A stretch of 42,292 nt of DNA, from contig NC_068989.1 in the NCBI RefSeq assembly GCF_001194135.2, positions 18,310,242 through 18,352,533 on the forward strand, read 5' to 3'. Source of the stretch: Octopus bimaculoides. Taxonomy: Eukaryota. Shown here in pieces: positions 24,320 to 36,370 of the stretch (position 1 is its first letter; every line of letters begins with the position of its first letter). A program made the translations under genes and the position numbers. The notes below the pieces were generated by a model, which was not told where the DNA came from, searched no databases, and worked only from the letters and a program-made list of their open reading frames with translations.

Positions 24320-24560
24320 ACGCATGGCTGTATGATTAAGTTGTTAGTTTCGCATTTAGTCTTGGGCTCGATCTTACTGCGTGGCATCTTAGCTTAGTGT
24401 CTTCTACCATAGACTCATGTCGGCCCGTGTCATACCAGTGGAAGTTAACAGACATAAAAACCCTGTAGAAGCAAGCTGGTCGAATGGATCATACAAGAAA
24501 TTCAAAGGGCAGCCTTGTGACATATTGTGTCATGCTGATTCTGACTGATGATTATGTTAA
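24320..24560 (+). mobile_element. Old diverged SINE B head plus fragment of the family A central module
   Basis: GCATGGCTGTATGATTAAG..CTGCGTGGCATCTT..GTGTCTTCTACCATAG, and CAAAGGGCAGCCTTGTGACATATTGTGTCATGCTGA. Confidence 0.5.
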
Positions 24561-24924
24561 GGAATACTCAACCACTTACGCTACGGACTGAGTTTTCTTT
24601 TGGTAGGCCAATTATATGAGAACTTCTAGCTTGTTAGGTTAAGACCTCTCATTTTGACTGTTGAATTTGTGAGGTCGCTCTGATGAAGTCGTTAGCACGG
24701 TCATATGTTTCATGTGGTTATATTCTCGTAGAAGATCCTAGAACTTCCATCTTTCTCTACATTCTCTCTTTCTTTTCTTTTCTTTCTTTCTTTCTTTCTC
24801 TTTCTCTCTCTCTCTCTCTCACACACACACTCTCGCTCTCTCTTACACACATACACACACTCTCTCTCTCACACACACACTGACTCCCCCCCCTCTCTCT
24901 CTCCATATATAATTATATTTATAT

Positions 24925-25253
24925 TCATATTCAATACGTTCGAGTGTTGCACTCGGACGTGAAAAAAACTTTCTGCCGTGGAGATTATCCTGGGGGAAAA
25001 TTCCTCTCATAGACGTGTGGAAATAAAAGATGGCTCCAAATGAGGTTACTTGATTGTAGGATACAAGCATTTCTGTGTTGTGTCAATTGTGAGACGATGC
25101 AAAAATGCATGTGTCCTACTATGCAATGACGTCATTCCCAGCACATCTTGCGTTTTCACACATAAATAACAGAAAGAACTTTCTCCTGGAGCTCTCTCCG
25201 CAGCAGAGAGTCTTCTCACGTCCGTGTACAGCACTCGAATGGCTTGAATATGA
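24925..25253. mobile_element. MITE-like element with ~80-bp imperfect TIRs
   Basis: TCATATTCAATACGTTCGAGTGTTGCACTCGGACGTGA.. is mirrored by ..TCACGTCCGTGTACAGCACTCGAATGGCTTGAATATGA. Confidence 0.8.
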
Positions 25254-25486
25254 CTTTACACGAATATATTTTGTTCAAGGCTTCTTTCTTTCTTTCTTTC
25301 TTTCTTTATTTCTTCTTTTCTTTCTTTCTTTCTTTCTCACTCTCATTCTCACTCCCTCTCTCTCGCTCTCTCACTCTTGCACACATACACTCACTTACTC
25401 ACTCACCCACTCACTCACTATGTCTATCTCTCTCTCACACTATCTCTCTCTCATTCACTATGTCTCTCTCATTCTTTCTTTCTAAA

Positions 25487-25522
25487 TGTATGCGTGTGCG
25501 TGCGTGTGTGTGTGTGTGTGTA

Positions 25523-25602
<80 letters not shown>
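25487..25602 (+). repeat. Long (TG)n microsatellite, representative of many (TG)n, (TA)n and (CT)n tracts; a palindromic (TTAA)n tract lies nearby at about 25787-25820
   Basis: Read directly. Confidence 0.97.
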
Positions 25603-25603
<1 letters not shown>

Positions 25604-27013
25604 TTGTAGCAATTATACCTCTCAGTCTGGCTTAAGAAGGAAAAGACTGAGGCATAACCACGGCGTCTACCTGTCACAACATTGCTATAGTCTATGTTTA
25701 CTAGAAGCAGACGTGTCTAAGTTTCCCTTACATTTCTAAATATTTTGACGCCGTGTATTGCTTCTAATAATTAATTATATACATCAGTTAATTAATTAAT
25801 TAATTAATTAATTAATTAATACATATATAAATATTAATATATATGCACATATATTAATTATTAAATACACGATATATATATATATATGCAATACAGATGC
25901 ATATGTGAATATATATATATATATTCACATATGCATCTGTATTGCATCTATATAATGTACGCACATGTATATGTAAGTATATACGTGTGTATGTATATAT
26001 ATATANNNNNNNNNNNNNNNNNNNNNNNNNNNNNNNNNNNNNNNNNNNNNNNNNNNNNNNNNNNNNNNNNNNNNNNNNNNNNNNNNNNNNNNNNNNNNNN
26101 NNNNNNNNNNNNNNNNNNNNNNNNNNNNNNNNNNNNNNNNNNNNNNNNNNNNNNNNNNNNNNNNNNNNNNNNNNNNNNNNNNNNNNNNNNNNNNNNNNNN
26201 NNNNNNNNNNNNNNNNNNNNNNNNNNNNNNNNNNNNNNNNNNNNNNNNNNNNNNNNNNNNNNNNNNNNNNNNNNNNNNNNNNNNNNNNNNNNNNNNNNNN
26301 NNNNNNNNNNNNNNNNNNNNNNNNNNNNNNNNNNNNNNNNNNNNNNNNNNNNNNNNNNNNNNNNNNNNNNNNNNNNNNNNNNNNNNNNNNNNNNNNNNNN
26401 NNNNNNNNNNNNNNNNNNNNNNNNNNNNNNNNNNNNNNNNNNNNNNNNNNNNNNNNNNNNNNNNNNNNNNNNNNNNNNNNNNNNNNNNNNNNNNNNNNNN
26501 NNNNNNNNNNNNNNNNNNNNNNNNNNNNNNNNNNNNNNNNNNNNNNNNNNNNNNNNNNNNNNNNNNNNNNNNNNNNNNNNNNNNNNNNNNNNNNNNNNNN
26601 NNNNNNNNNNNNNNNNNNNNNNNNNNNNNNNNNNNNNNNNNNNNNNNNNNNNNNNNNNNNNNNNNNNNNNNNNNNNNNNNNNNNNNNNNNNNNNNNNNNN
26701 NNNNNNNNNNNNNNNNNNNNNNNNNNNNNNNNNNNNNNNNNNNNNNNNNNNNNNNNNNNNNNNNNNNNNNNNNNNNNNNNNNNNNNNNNNNNNNNNNNNN
26801 NNNNNNNNNNNNNNNNNNNNNNNNNNNNNNNNNNNNNNNNNNNNNNNNNNNNNNNNNNNNNNNNNNNNNNNNNNCATCACGTGCACAGAAGTAAGGTGTG
26901 TATACCTCTCGTCTTTTAGAGAAGCCCTTGGGAAACAGGTTGGTTGATGTGAAGAAAGGTGTGGTGAGTGAATCTGTGTGTGGCGGGTTCTTGCGTAATG
27001 TGTGTGTGTCTAA

Positions 27014-27059
<46 letters not shown>

Positions 27060-27255
27060 ACCGCCCTGATGCAACTGTATGAGAGAAACAGGAAGTTTGT
27101 TTATTCACGTACATCTGATTACGCAAGCGTATTTTGTGTATCCAGGAATAAAAGTATATTTATACTTGTGTACATTCGCATATACACACACTCATATACA
27201 TTACATTTGTGCATGTGTGTATGTATGTATGTATGTATGTATGCATGCATGTATG

Positions 27256-27300
<45 letters not shown>

Positions 27301-27310
27301 CTGTGTACGT

Positions 27311-27684
27311 GTGGAGGCGCAATGGCTCAGTAGTTAGGGCTTCGAACTCGCAGTTGTAGGATCGCGGTGTCGTTGTGAGTGTTTATTGAGCGAAAACACC
27401 TAAAGCCCCACGAGGTTCCGGCATGGTGAGGGAGGTGGCGAACCCTGCTGTATTCTATCACCACAACTTTCTCTCACTCTTACTTCCTGTTTCTGTTGTA
27501 CCTGTATTTCGAAGGGCCAGCCTTGTCACACTCTGTGTCACGCTAAATCTCCCCGAGAACTACGTTAAGGGTACACGTGTCTGTGGAGTGCTCAGCCACA
27601 CTCACGTTAATTTCACGAGCAGGTTGTTCCGTTGATCGGATCAACTGGAACCTTCGTCGTCGTAACCAACGGAATGCCACTAAA
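27311..27684 (+). mobile_element. SINE family A variant lacking the B box
   Basis: Colinear with 16478-16847, but TTTCGATTCCCAGACCGG is deleted; variant tail CTTCGTCGTCGTAACCAACGGAATGCC. Confidence 0.92.
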
Positions 27685-27947
27685 TATATATATATATANN
27701 NNNNNNNNNNNNNNNNNNNNNNNNNNNNNNNNNNNNNNNNNNNNNNNNNNNNNNNNNNNNNNNNNNNNNNNNNNNNNNNNNNNNNNNNNNNNNNNNNNNN
27801 NNNNNNNNNNNNNNNNNNNNNNNNNNNNNNNNNNNNNNNNNNNNNNNNNNNNNNNNNNNNNNNNNNNNNNNNNNNNNNNNNNNNNNNNNNNNNNNNNNNN
27901 NNNNNNNNNNNNNNNNNNNNNNNNNNNNNNNNNNNNNNNNNNNNNNN

Positions 27948-28005
<58 letters not shown>

Positions 28006-28225
28006 TCTCCCTCCCGCTCTCTCTCCCTCGCCCTCTCTCTCTCCTCTCTCGTTACCAAGTGAATTGCGACTATGTAGATGTTCTTGATCCACAAATAATC
28101 AGCAAGTCTCTCGAATGAAGTTCCATATCTAATGCATTAGACAGCACTGAGAACCATATTCTGTGGAGAGAAATGGAGAATCAGACGGTATCATCAGATT
28201 TGACAACGATATTGATGATCAACTC

Positions 28226-28690
28226 AGGCCTCGAGCTGACTGAAACGTTAGCACACCAGGCAAAGTGCTTAGCTGCATTTCATCCGTTTTTACGTTTTGA
28301 GTTCAAGCTCGGGGTCGACTTAACCTTCTATACTTTCGAGTTCAAACTCGGGGTCGACTTTGAGTTCAACTTTGAGTCGACTTGAGTTCAAACTCGGGGT
28401 CGACTTAACTTTTCATACTTTCGAGTTCAAACTCGGGGTCGACTTTGAGTTCAACTTTGAGTCGACTTTGAGTTCAAACTCGGTGTCGACTTAACTTTCC
28501 ATACTTTCGAGTTCAAACTCGGGGTCGACTTTGAGTTCAACTTTGAATCGACTTTGAGTTCAAACTCGGGGTCGACTTAACTTTCCATACTTTCGGGGTC
28601 GATAACAAAAGTAACAATTGAGCAATGGGGTTGATGTAATCGGTCCCCATCCCCGAAATTGCTGGTTTTGTATCAAATTTGAAATTAATA
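28226..28690 (+). mobile_element. SINE family C with internal higher-order tandem amplification
   Basis: Normal head (AGGCCTCGAGCTGACTGAAACGTTAGCAC) and tail (GGGGTCGATAA..GGGGTTGATGTAATCG..CAAATTTGAAA) flank the array. Confidence 0.9.
28299..28594 (+). repeat. Higher-order repeat (A39-B24-C22/23)x3 + A39, ~86-bp period; each subunit starts GAGTTCAA
   Basis: Subunit starts at 28299, 28338, 28362, 28384, 28423, 28447, 28470, 28509, 28533 and 28556. Confidence 0.93.
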
Positions 28691-29102
28691 TTGATTACCT
28701 ACTTGATGATATGGTAATACAAGAGCAGACCACTCAGCTTTTAAAGGATAGCAGTGACGATGAATTTCAATTAATATTTCGTGTGTTTGCGTGTGTATGT
28801 GTCTATATGTGAGAAAGAGACAGAGAGAGTGAGTGAAATTCCATTTGTGCACATATGTATGTGGGTATAAGAGCAGCCTATTTGAAAACTAATAAAAAAA
28901 ATTGCATTTAAAACAAAAACAAAAAAAATCAATTGAATGCATTTTATTTTGCCCCAAATAAGATTTCGTGTTCATTTATTCTTTCAGTGAAAACCAAAAT
29001 TTAGAAGTACCCGTTGAACATACATTAGCTTCTTGATCACGAGAGAAAAAAATGTAGGACAATTCTCAATAATGAATAAACCATTTTCAAACATAATCCC
29101 CA

Positions 29103-29372
29103 TCTACTATAGCCTCGGGCCGACCAAAGCCTTGTAAGTGGATTTGGTAGACGGAAACTGAAAGAAGCCCGTCGTATATATGTATATATATATATATATA
29201 TATATNNNNNNNNNNTTTACGTCCTCGTAACTTAGCGGTTCGGCAAAAAAAAGACGATAGAATAAGTACTAGGCTTACAAAGAATAAGTCCTGGGGTCGA
29301 TTTGCTCGACTAAAGGCGATGCTCCAGCATGGCCGCAGTCAAATGACTGAAACAAGTAAAAGAGTAAAGAGC
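29103..29372 (+). mobile_element. 5'-truncated, well-conserved SINE B/D
   Basis: TCTACTATAGCCTCGGGCCGACCAAAGCC...GAAGCCCGTCG-(TA)n-gap-...GGCCGCAGTCAAATGACTGAAACAAGTAAAAGAG. Confidence 0.9.
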
Positions 29373-29659
29373 AAGGAGTTATCCCTATATTGCATAAAAT
29401 TCCAAGAAATGTCACTTTGAAAACGTTATTACATCAAATGACAACGAAATTATTAATTCTAAAATAACTACCAGGGCGCTTTTCACTTGGTCTTTGCATG
29501 TAATCTAGATATCTTGCAATTGCACACTGGCCTTGATATTTTCTACCAGTGATGATTATGGCTAATTGTAGGTTTTATACTACAGCTTGGCATGATCCAT
29601 GGTTTGGTTTGTTAAAGTAGAGAGCTACTTATACGTGACAGCACCTTATACACGAACAT

Positions 29660-30050
29660 TTGTTGGGTTGTTGGCACTCCGTCGCTTACGACGTCGAGGG
29701 TTCCAGTTAATCCGATCAACGGAACAGCCTGATCGTGAAATTAACGTGCAAGTGGCTGAGCACTCCACAGACACATGTACCCTTAACGTAGTTCTCGGGG
29801 ATATTCAGCGTGACACAGTGTGACAAGGCTGACCCTTTGAATTACAGGCACAACAGAAACAGGAAGTAAAAGTGAGAGAAAGTTGTGGTGGAAGAGTACA
29901 GCAGGGTTCGCCACCATCCCCTGCCGGAGCCTCGTGGAGCTTTAGGTGTTTACGCTCAATAAACACTCACAACGCCCGGTCTGGGAATCGAAACTGCGAT
30001 ACTATGACCGCGAGTCCGCTGCCCTAACCACTGGGCCATTGCCCCTCCAC
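29660..30050 (-). mobile_element. SINE family A, full length, 12-bp TSD
   Basis: TSD ATACACGAACAT at 29648-29659 and 30051-30062; intact A and B boxes. Confidence 0.96.
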
Positions 30051-30452
30051 ATACACGAACATATACAGAAATGAACATTTCAGAATTGTCGTCCCTTGAT
30101 TTATCCAGATGTAATACATACTTGCAATTGAACCAAGGTTTCCCCTCTTCACACTGGAAAGGTAATTTTAATTAACTTATATTTATTTACCTACAACTTA
30201 ACATTCAACTACAAAGTGTTCGTTTGACACAATTGTTCTAATTACCAAGTTGTCTTTATACCTGTGACTAGCTCTACAACTGCTGCCACCAACTTTATAT
30301 AATGAGGCATTTAGTATCTATAGTTTACTCCATATATGAGCATCGCTGCGTGAAAGGGTTGTATATATTTATTTTAGGGCAACACACACACACACACATG
30401 TATATGTACATGTGAATGAGTTACTGTATGTGTGTGTGTGTACGTGTATGTA

Positions 30453-30518
<66 letters not shown>

Positions 30519-32047
30519 CATAGAGAGAGAGGAGGGAGAGAGTGAAAGAGAAAGTCTCATACACATGTAAATAAATGTGAGTGTATATGTATATATGCAG
30601 ATAAACGTGCAAAAACATTCTTGTGTATGCGTGTGTGTGCGTGTGTAGGTGTGTATGTGTAACTACTGATAAACACTGGAACCGGTACAGCCTATTCACA
30701 CTCGGGCTATTAGTGACTACACTTACAATCTTCTTATAATATGCCGCATTAAGCGTGCAATGGAATTTTACAAGGTTTATAGCAAACAATAACTGACTAA
30801 TGACTGATGAACCTTATGTCCATTAATAACAAAGCACATCAATCAAGTCAACATCATCTCAACTCCTTCCCATATCACAACCTCTTCAAAGACGAGATAT
30901 GCATATTGTGCAATAAGATTAATGGTTCAACTCCAGATCAGTTCTCATCGACAAGTTCTATGTTCAAAGGTCGTAATCATCATGTTTTCTAAAGACGTAG
31001 TATCAGCTTGTTTTGAAAGGAAAGTGTGTCATGGTTGCATGGGAAAAGTTGAGAGTTTAACTCGAAGTCGAAGGAATTTTGTAAGGAAATGGTTGTCAAT
31101 CAGTCCTGGATATTTCTTCTTAGGTTAAGACTCCGGAAAAAGTTAAGGATGATTTATGATTAAAGGAAGTGTTCTATCTATGGTGAGGGACATTTATTCA
31201 TATTTCGGAGTGTTTGGGCCTAGTAAATAGTTAGGCGCTTCTCAGAACTTAAATATTTATTGAAGAATTATTTAAGGTCGATAGGGCAACAGAAAAATGG
31301 TTATTTCCAAGTGTAAGGTTTACTAATTTTGCAAATCACGAAAGCAGTTAGGTCGGTTTCACAGCGAACTGAAGGAAAAGTATAGATGCTATTGCTGTTA
31401 CTGCCTAGCCATACATTAACCGTAACTGGGTAACCTATGATCTAAAGATGTGGTTACCACATTTTCACTTCACATATAATGTATATAGGACGACATTACC
31501 TAAAATAGTCAAACACGTTTGACACCTCACGGTTCTTTTATACAGATACTTCTGCGTTATGGAAACTCGGGTTATGGAATTCTGCACTAAAAAAAAATTA
31601 TAAATTATGATCAGGTAAATTTTAACAATTTCATAAAATTAAAACCACAGCGCACATTTTTCTCTCGAATTGCGCCAGTATCTCACGTTCCTACCGCTAT
31701 TGTTGGATTTAACTACTAATACCTGAACTGTACCACATTACCTTTATTAAAGATGATTGGAAAGAGTCCAACCAGTTCAAATGAAGACAGCAGTGCAGAA
31801 AGCAATCGCAAAAGGATTACGTTGTATTCTTAATTAAGATGTTATTTATTTCAGCTCCCTACACATCTAGGTAAAAACATATGAGGCAAAATGTGTGTGC
31901 GTGTGTTAATGTGTACATGCCTGCAGGTTTATATGCGCAGAGAAAGCTTATTTCAACACGCATACTTGTAAGTATGTACATGTTTACGTGTATACATTTG
32001 TCTATACGTGTATAATGTTTATCTGTGTAAGGGTGTGGCTATGTATT

Positions 32048-32081
<34 letters not shown>

Positions 32082-32858
32082 CTCTTCTTAGTTGTTTAAG
32101 TTTTTTTCTATCACTAAGGAAATGGTTTCTAACCATGAAACAAAGCTCTGTCGCAGGTATTTCGATAACAACTGCGATAAGAGTTAAAAGGTGAACTTTA
32201 GAAAAGTCTTGTATACTTTTACTGTTCGGCTTACAGACTGTATTTGTAAGGTGCAAGTTATCCAATCTTTTCGTCAGCTTGAAAATCTTAGACATTTACT
32301 AAGATAGTCGAAAGCGCAAATAATTATTAGTAAGCATGCGAACTTACAATGGGGGTAGAGAAGCTGCAGTATTCGAACCTATTGTCCATAAACATTCTCC
32401 ATCTCGTTGATTTTGTACGATACATATGTTCACATCTACAAGACAACTAACCTCTATAACTGTACATGATTTTTCTTTCCCGATCCAAATTTTGTCAGGC
32501 ATGTTATGTTTATACTTACAGAAGTTTGAATGGCAATGTTTCACCAATATCTTTTGTGTTGATATGTATACATGTACGTATTCAGTGCCAGGAGAATTGC
32601 CTATTTTTATCCCAAGGCAGTCTTTCACGGGGAAAGCATTATACATTCTTTTAGCAGAAATAACTTGTCCCAATGGGAGCTAGTGTCATGATGAATAGTT
32701 TGGGGCAGCTGTTATTGACATGTGTAAGAATTTACACAGAATTATAATATAATCGATGATTTCGGTTGCATCTTGGGGATTTAAGGAATTCATGTCTCTT
32801 GTTCATCATAAATCCAAGAGAGGCTAATACCTCATCCTCACCTTTACGGAAAACATAT

Positions 32859-32926
<68 letters not shown>

Positions 32927-33004
32927 NNNNNNNNNNNNNNNNNNNNNNNNNNNNNNNNNNNNNNNNNNNNNNNNNNNNNNNNNNNNNNNNNNNNNNNNNN
33001 NNNN

Positions 33005-33034
<30 letters not shown>

Positions 33035-33037
<3 letters not shown>

Positions 33038-33192
33038 GTAAAAGAGGACAACAAACGCTAAGGCAAGACAAACATCTCAAGTCATATACGTTATTATTAT
33101 TATTATTGGAATAATTTAAAGTCTTACATCTGTTTCTGGAATATCCCAAAGTATGGGATATTCCGTCATCGGAGACAGATAGGGAAAAGGAT
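33035..33192 (-). mobile_element. Penelope-type terminal-repeat remnant embedded in (TA)n
   Basis: Contains a hammerhead-like fold and has TA microsatellite on both sides. Confidence 0.55.
33121..33176 (-). ncRNA. Minimal type I hammerhead ribozyme-like motif (CCGAUGA core)
   Basis: Minus strand: GTCT-CCGATGA-C-GGAATATCCCA(tactt)TGGGATATTCC-A-GAAA-CAGATGT-A-AGAC. It has a 4-bp stem I, a perfect 11-bp stem II, a near-palindromic stem III and a GUA cleavage triplet. Confidence 0.65.
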
Positions 33193-33254
33193 ATATATAT
33201 ATATGTATATATATATATGTACGTATATATGTATACATATATACATGTGTGTGC

Positions 33255-33289
<35 letters not shown>

Positions 33290-33891
33290 NNNNNNNNNNA
33301 TATATATGTATGTGTGTGTGTGTGTGCGTGTGTGTGCGTGTGTGTGTGTTTGCAAATATTTGTGTGTGCATGTGTGTATATATGTATGTGTGTGTGTTAG
33401 TATATACATATACATACATATACATTTATTCACATATAGCATATATACATATAAACGTAACCCCCTTGATTTGAAACCATTTGGATAAGTGCCAACACAC
33501 GAGACACTGTCCTCGAATCACTCAGTAATTTCTACCAATTGTTAATTATATATATNNNNNNNNNNNNNNNNNNNNNNNNNNNNNNNNNNNNNNNNNNNNN
33601 NNNNNNNNNNNNNNNNNNNNNNNNNNNNNNNNNNNNNNNNNNNNNNNNNNNNNNNNNNNNNNNNNNNNNNNNNNNNNNNNNNNNNNNNNNNNNNNNNNNN
33701 NNNNNNNNNNNNNNNNNNNNNNNNNNNNNNNNNNNNNNNNNNNNNNNNNNNNNNNNNNNNNNNNNNNNNNNNNNNNNNNNNNNNNNNNNNNNNNNNNNNN
33801 NNNNNNNNNNNNNNNNNNNNNNNNNNNNNNNNNNNNNNNNNNNNNNNNNNNNNNNNNNNNNNNNNNNNNNNNNNNNNNNNNNNNNNNNNNN

Positions 33892-33943
<52 letters not shown>

Positions 33944-34283
33944 CGCACACACATATATATACATACCCATGTTTTGAGTTCTATTTCTGTTTGCGTTACC
34001 AAACCTGCATACTGCATACGTATGTATAGATTGATGTATTTATATGCGTGCAAGTGTATATATATACACGCGCAATAAACAGACTGATGGTATAAATTGG
34101 CATCAACTAACCAACTACAGTTCCTACCGCACTACTCTGCGAGATAGCTCCCCAAGGTCACTGATATTGCCTCTCCGCCTCAAACTAACCTAGAAAGAAA
34201 GAAAACATGTGGCACTATTGTGTAAAGACAACAATATGGGTTGTGTGTGTCTGTGTGTATCTTTGTTTATGTATATGTGAACA

Positions 34284-34320
<37 letters not shown>

Positions 34321-34639
34321 ATACATATATTTCTGTGAGTATGCATCTGTACCTCTGTGTATGTAGGCGTTTATGCAGACAATCTTTTGATGTTAGTGGT
34401 AATTCGTTTTTATATTAGTCAAGATACCAACCATTCTTCTCACTGAATGACTGCCATAATATTTTCACACCGATTGCATGGCGTATGAGATGTAATTAGA
34501 AACGTAGGCAGTTATTTAATGTATCAACGAAGGTGAACCCCATAAAGCACGCTCAGTATGCGTGTGTGTGTGTCAATGAATCACTTGAGTGATTCATTGA
34601 CAAAAATGTGAACAAGCAAGAAATCCTAGCTGATGCATT

Positions 34640-35090
34640 ACTCTTCACTCTTTTACTCTTTTACTTGTTTGAGTCATTTTGACTGCGGCCATGCTGGAGC
34701 ACCGCCTTTTAGACGAATCAAATCGACCCCAGGACTTATTGTTTGTAAGCCTAGTACTTATTCTAGCGGTCTCTTTTGCCGAACCGCTAAGTTACGGAGA
34801 CGTAAACACACCAACATCGGTTGTCAAGCAGTGGTGGGGTACAAACACAGACACACACACACACACACACACACACANNNNNNNNNNNNNNNNNNNNNNN
34901 NNNNNNNNNNNNNNNNNNNNNNNNNNNNNNNNNNNNNNNNNNTGACGACTTTTTTTTTAATACACACACACACACACACGCACATACACACATAAATGAC
35001 GAGCTTTCAGTTTCCGACTATCAAATCCACTCACAAGGCCTTGGTCGACCGGAAACTATAGTAGAAGACGCTTGCCCAAGTTGCCACTCA
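34640..35090 (-). mobile_element. SINE B/D, head truncated, internal (CA)n and gap
   Basis: Reverse complement of the D tail (34646-34850) and the B/CORE-like part (35005-35090). Confidence 0.88.
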
Positions 35091-35102
35091 ATCTTTATTC
35101 CA

Positions 35103-35420
35103 AGGACGACTGCATGAGAGACGTGAAGTCTCTGTATATAAACAGTGAAAGATAGGTGGACATTGTTGGCGATATACTCCCACTAGAGACTTGAATATGG
35201 TAGAAGTTTTAGGACACGAGAGGATTCACCATGGCTTACAGATGAAAAACAAAATTAACGGAAAACAGCACCAGGACAATACTGGCAGACAATGCTATCA
35301 AATGTAGTCAAAGAGGCCGGAATTGTGATAGAAACATGTGGGTGTCTATAATCTTTGGAGTTGCTGCTCTCTGTCAAGACCGAAACAAGACATTTCAGAC
35401 GTAGACCCATGATCTTGTAA
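35103..35420 (+). mobile_element. Decayed RTE-clade LINE 3' end
   Basis: KDDCMRDVKSLYINSER*VDI (RTE KD.CKRD.K...I....WE motif), then KCSQRGRNC..HVGVYN..C, followed by a short UTR. Confidence 0.65.
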
Positions 35421-35494
35421 GGATATATGGATGTATGTAATTATGTATGTATGTTACCTACATATATATGAAGCTTCAAGTATAGACATCTAGA

Positions 35495-36110
35495 AATCCA
35501 AGGAATTTTCCCGGTCCTTAAGAATATCATCGAGAGTGACAACTACCCTGAACATATGCAAATGAAACAAGCAATTTGTGGAAAAGAATGCCATCCAGCA
35601 CGCTCATTTCTCCAGAAGAAAATAAAGTTTTCTGAATTCAAGGTCGGAGAAGACCGTTTGACACTTAGTTAATGGTAATTCTTCAGCAGACTTCAATCCG
35701 AAGCCATTGTTCATTCGTTATTCAGAAGCACCAATGTCAATGATTTGGAAGTAAAAAGAAATGAAAGCCTGATGTTGATAGAAATTTTCACACAGTGGCT
35801 TGTTTCATACTCTTTGATGAGCTGTAAAAATATATTGTGAAGAGTATAACTTTGAACCTGTATAACTCTCAAAGTAGTTTACGACCCACCAAGGACGACT
35901 TTATTACTCTAATCCATGACTAAGTATGTAATTTCTAAAATCAAGGCCTACCACATTCATCGCACTTTCAAATAACTTGTTGAAGAAACAGATGGCCAAT
36001 ATAAACAATCTGTTAAATTCTGGGGAAACTACCACATTATGAAAACTATAGATAAAATCAAAATAGCCTGGGTCAAAATAACAGAACTGCACGGAGAGAA
36101 TTTTTCCAGC
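35495..36110 (+). mobile_element. Tigger/pogo-type transposase remnant (DDE_1 region), multiply disabled
   Basis: FPVLKNIIESDNY..LWKRMPSSTLISPEE..FKVGEDRLTL..SADFNPKPLFIRYSEAP..IFTQW..VISKIKAYHIHRTF..KFWGNYHIMKTIDKIKIAW is colinear with Tigger1/TIGD1-like proteins. Confidence 0.85.
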
Positions 36111-36119
36111 CGTGACCGC

Positions 36120-36342
36120 TCGATCCACTCCAAAAGAAAATGAACTTTTAGAAAAATCAAACTTATTGCTTTATTTACGATTATACAGACTAGTTTGTTT
36201 GAAGTAGTCCCTTCCCCGGTGTATGCACCGTTCTCGATCCCTTTTCCAGGTTTTGAAACACGTTTTCAGGAGTAGTATTCATTTCTGGAAGCAAATGACT
36301 TTCGATCTCGTCCATCACCTGAAATCGGCAACTTTTCAGAGT
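36120..36342 (-). mobile_element. Mariner-type transposase C-terminal remnant plus 3' end
   Basis: Minus strand LKSCRFQVMDEIE..PENVFQ, then after a frameshift WKRDRERCIHRGRDYF, matching the mariner LKG.RF...EEI.....F..W..RWE.CI...G.YF ending. Confidence 0.75.
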
Positions 36343-36370
36343 GGAGGCACATTGGATAATGTGGTCCTAG

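Noticed and set aside
25619-25650. CTCAGTCT/AGACTGAG hairpin
   Set aside because: An isolated 8-bp stem with no functional motif; compatible with chance or repeat debris.
28299-28594. CRISPR-like appearance of the GAGTTCAA/GTCGAC array, and of the 17-bp repeat at 5384
   Set aside because: There are no unique spacers and no cas genes, the context is eukaryotic, and the array lies inside a SINE.
30838-31128. ~95-codon open frame in non-repetitive-looking sequence
   Set aside because: No recognisable protein motif on either strand; would need BLASTx or RNA-seq support.
32344-32683. Overlapping 85-109 aa ORFs as possible host exons
   Set aside because: There is no recognisable domain, the splice boundaries are unconvincing, and ORFs occur on both strands.
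32777-32815. Minus-strand GGATTT-ATGATGA...AAATCC hammerhead-like frame
   Set aside because: It lacks GAAA, stem II and stem III; too decayed to call.
34450-34512. ACTGCC...GAAACGTA-GGCAGT hammerhead-like frame
   Set aside because: Stem I and GAAACGT-H are present, but the CUGANGA core and stem II are not recognisable.
567-34995. Long ORFs in the supplied track (up to 378 aa)
   Set aside because: They are open only because they cross N-runs or dinucleotide repeats (HTHT, CVCV, YIYI, LSLS). There is no coding signal.
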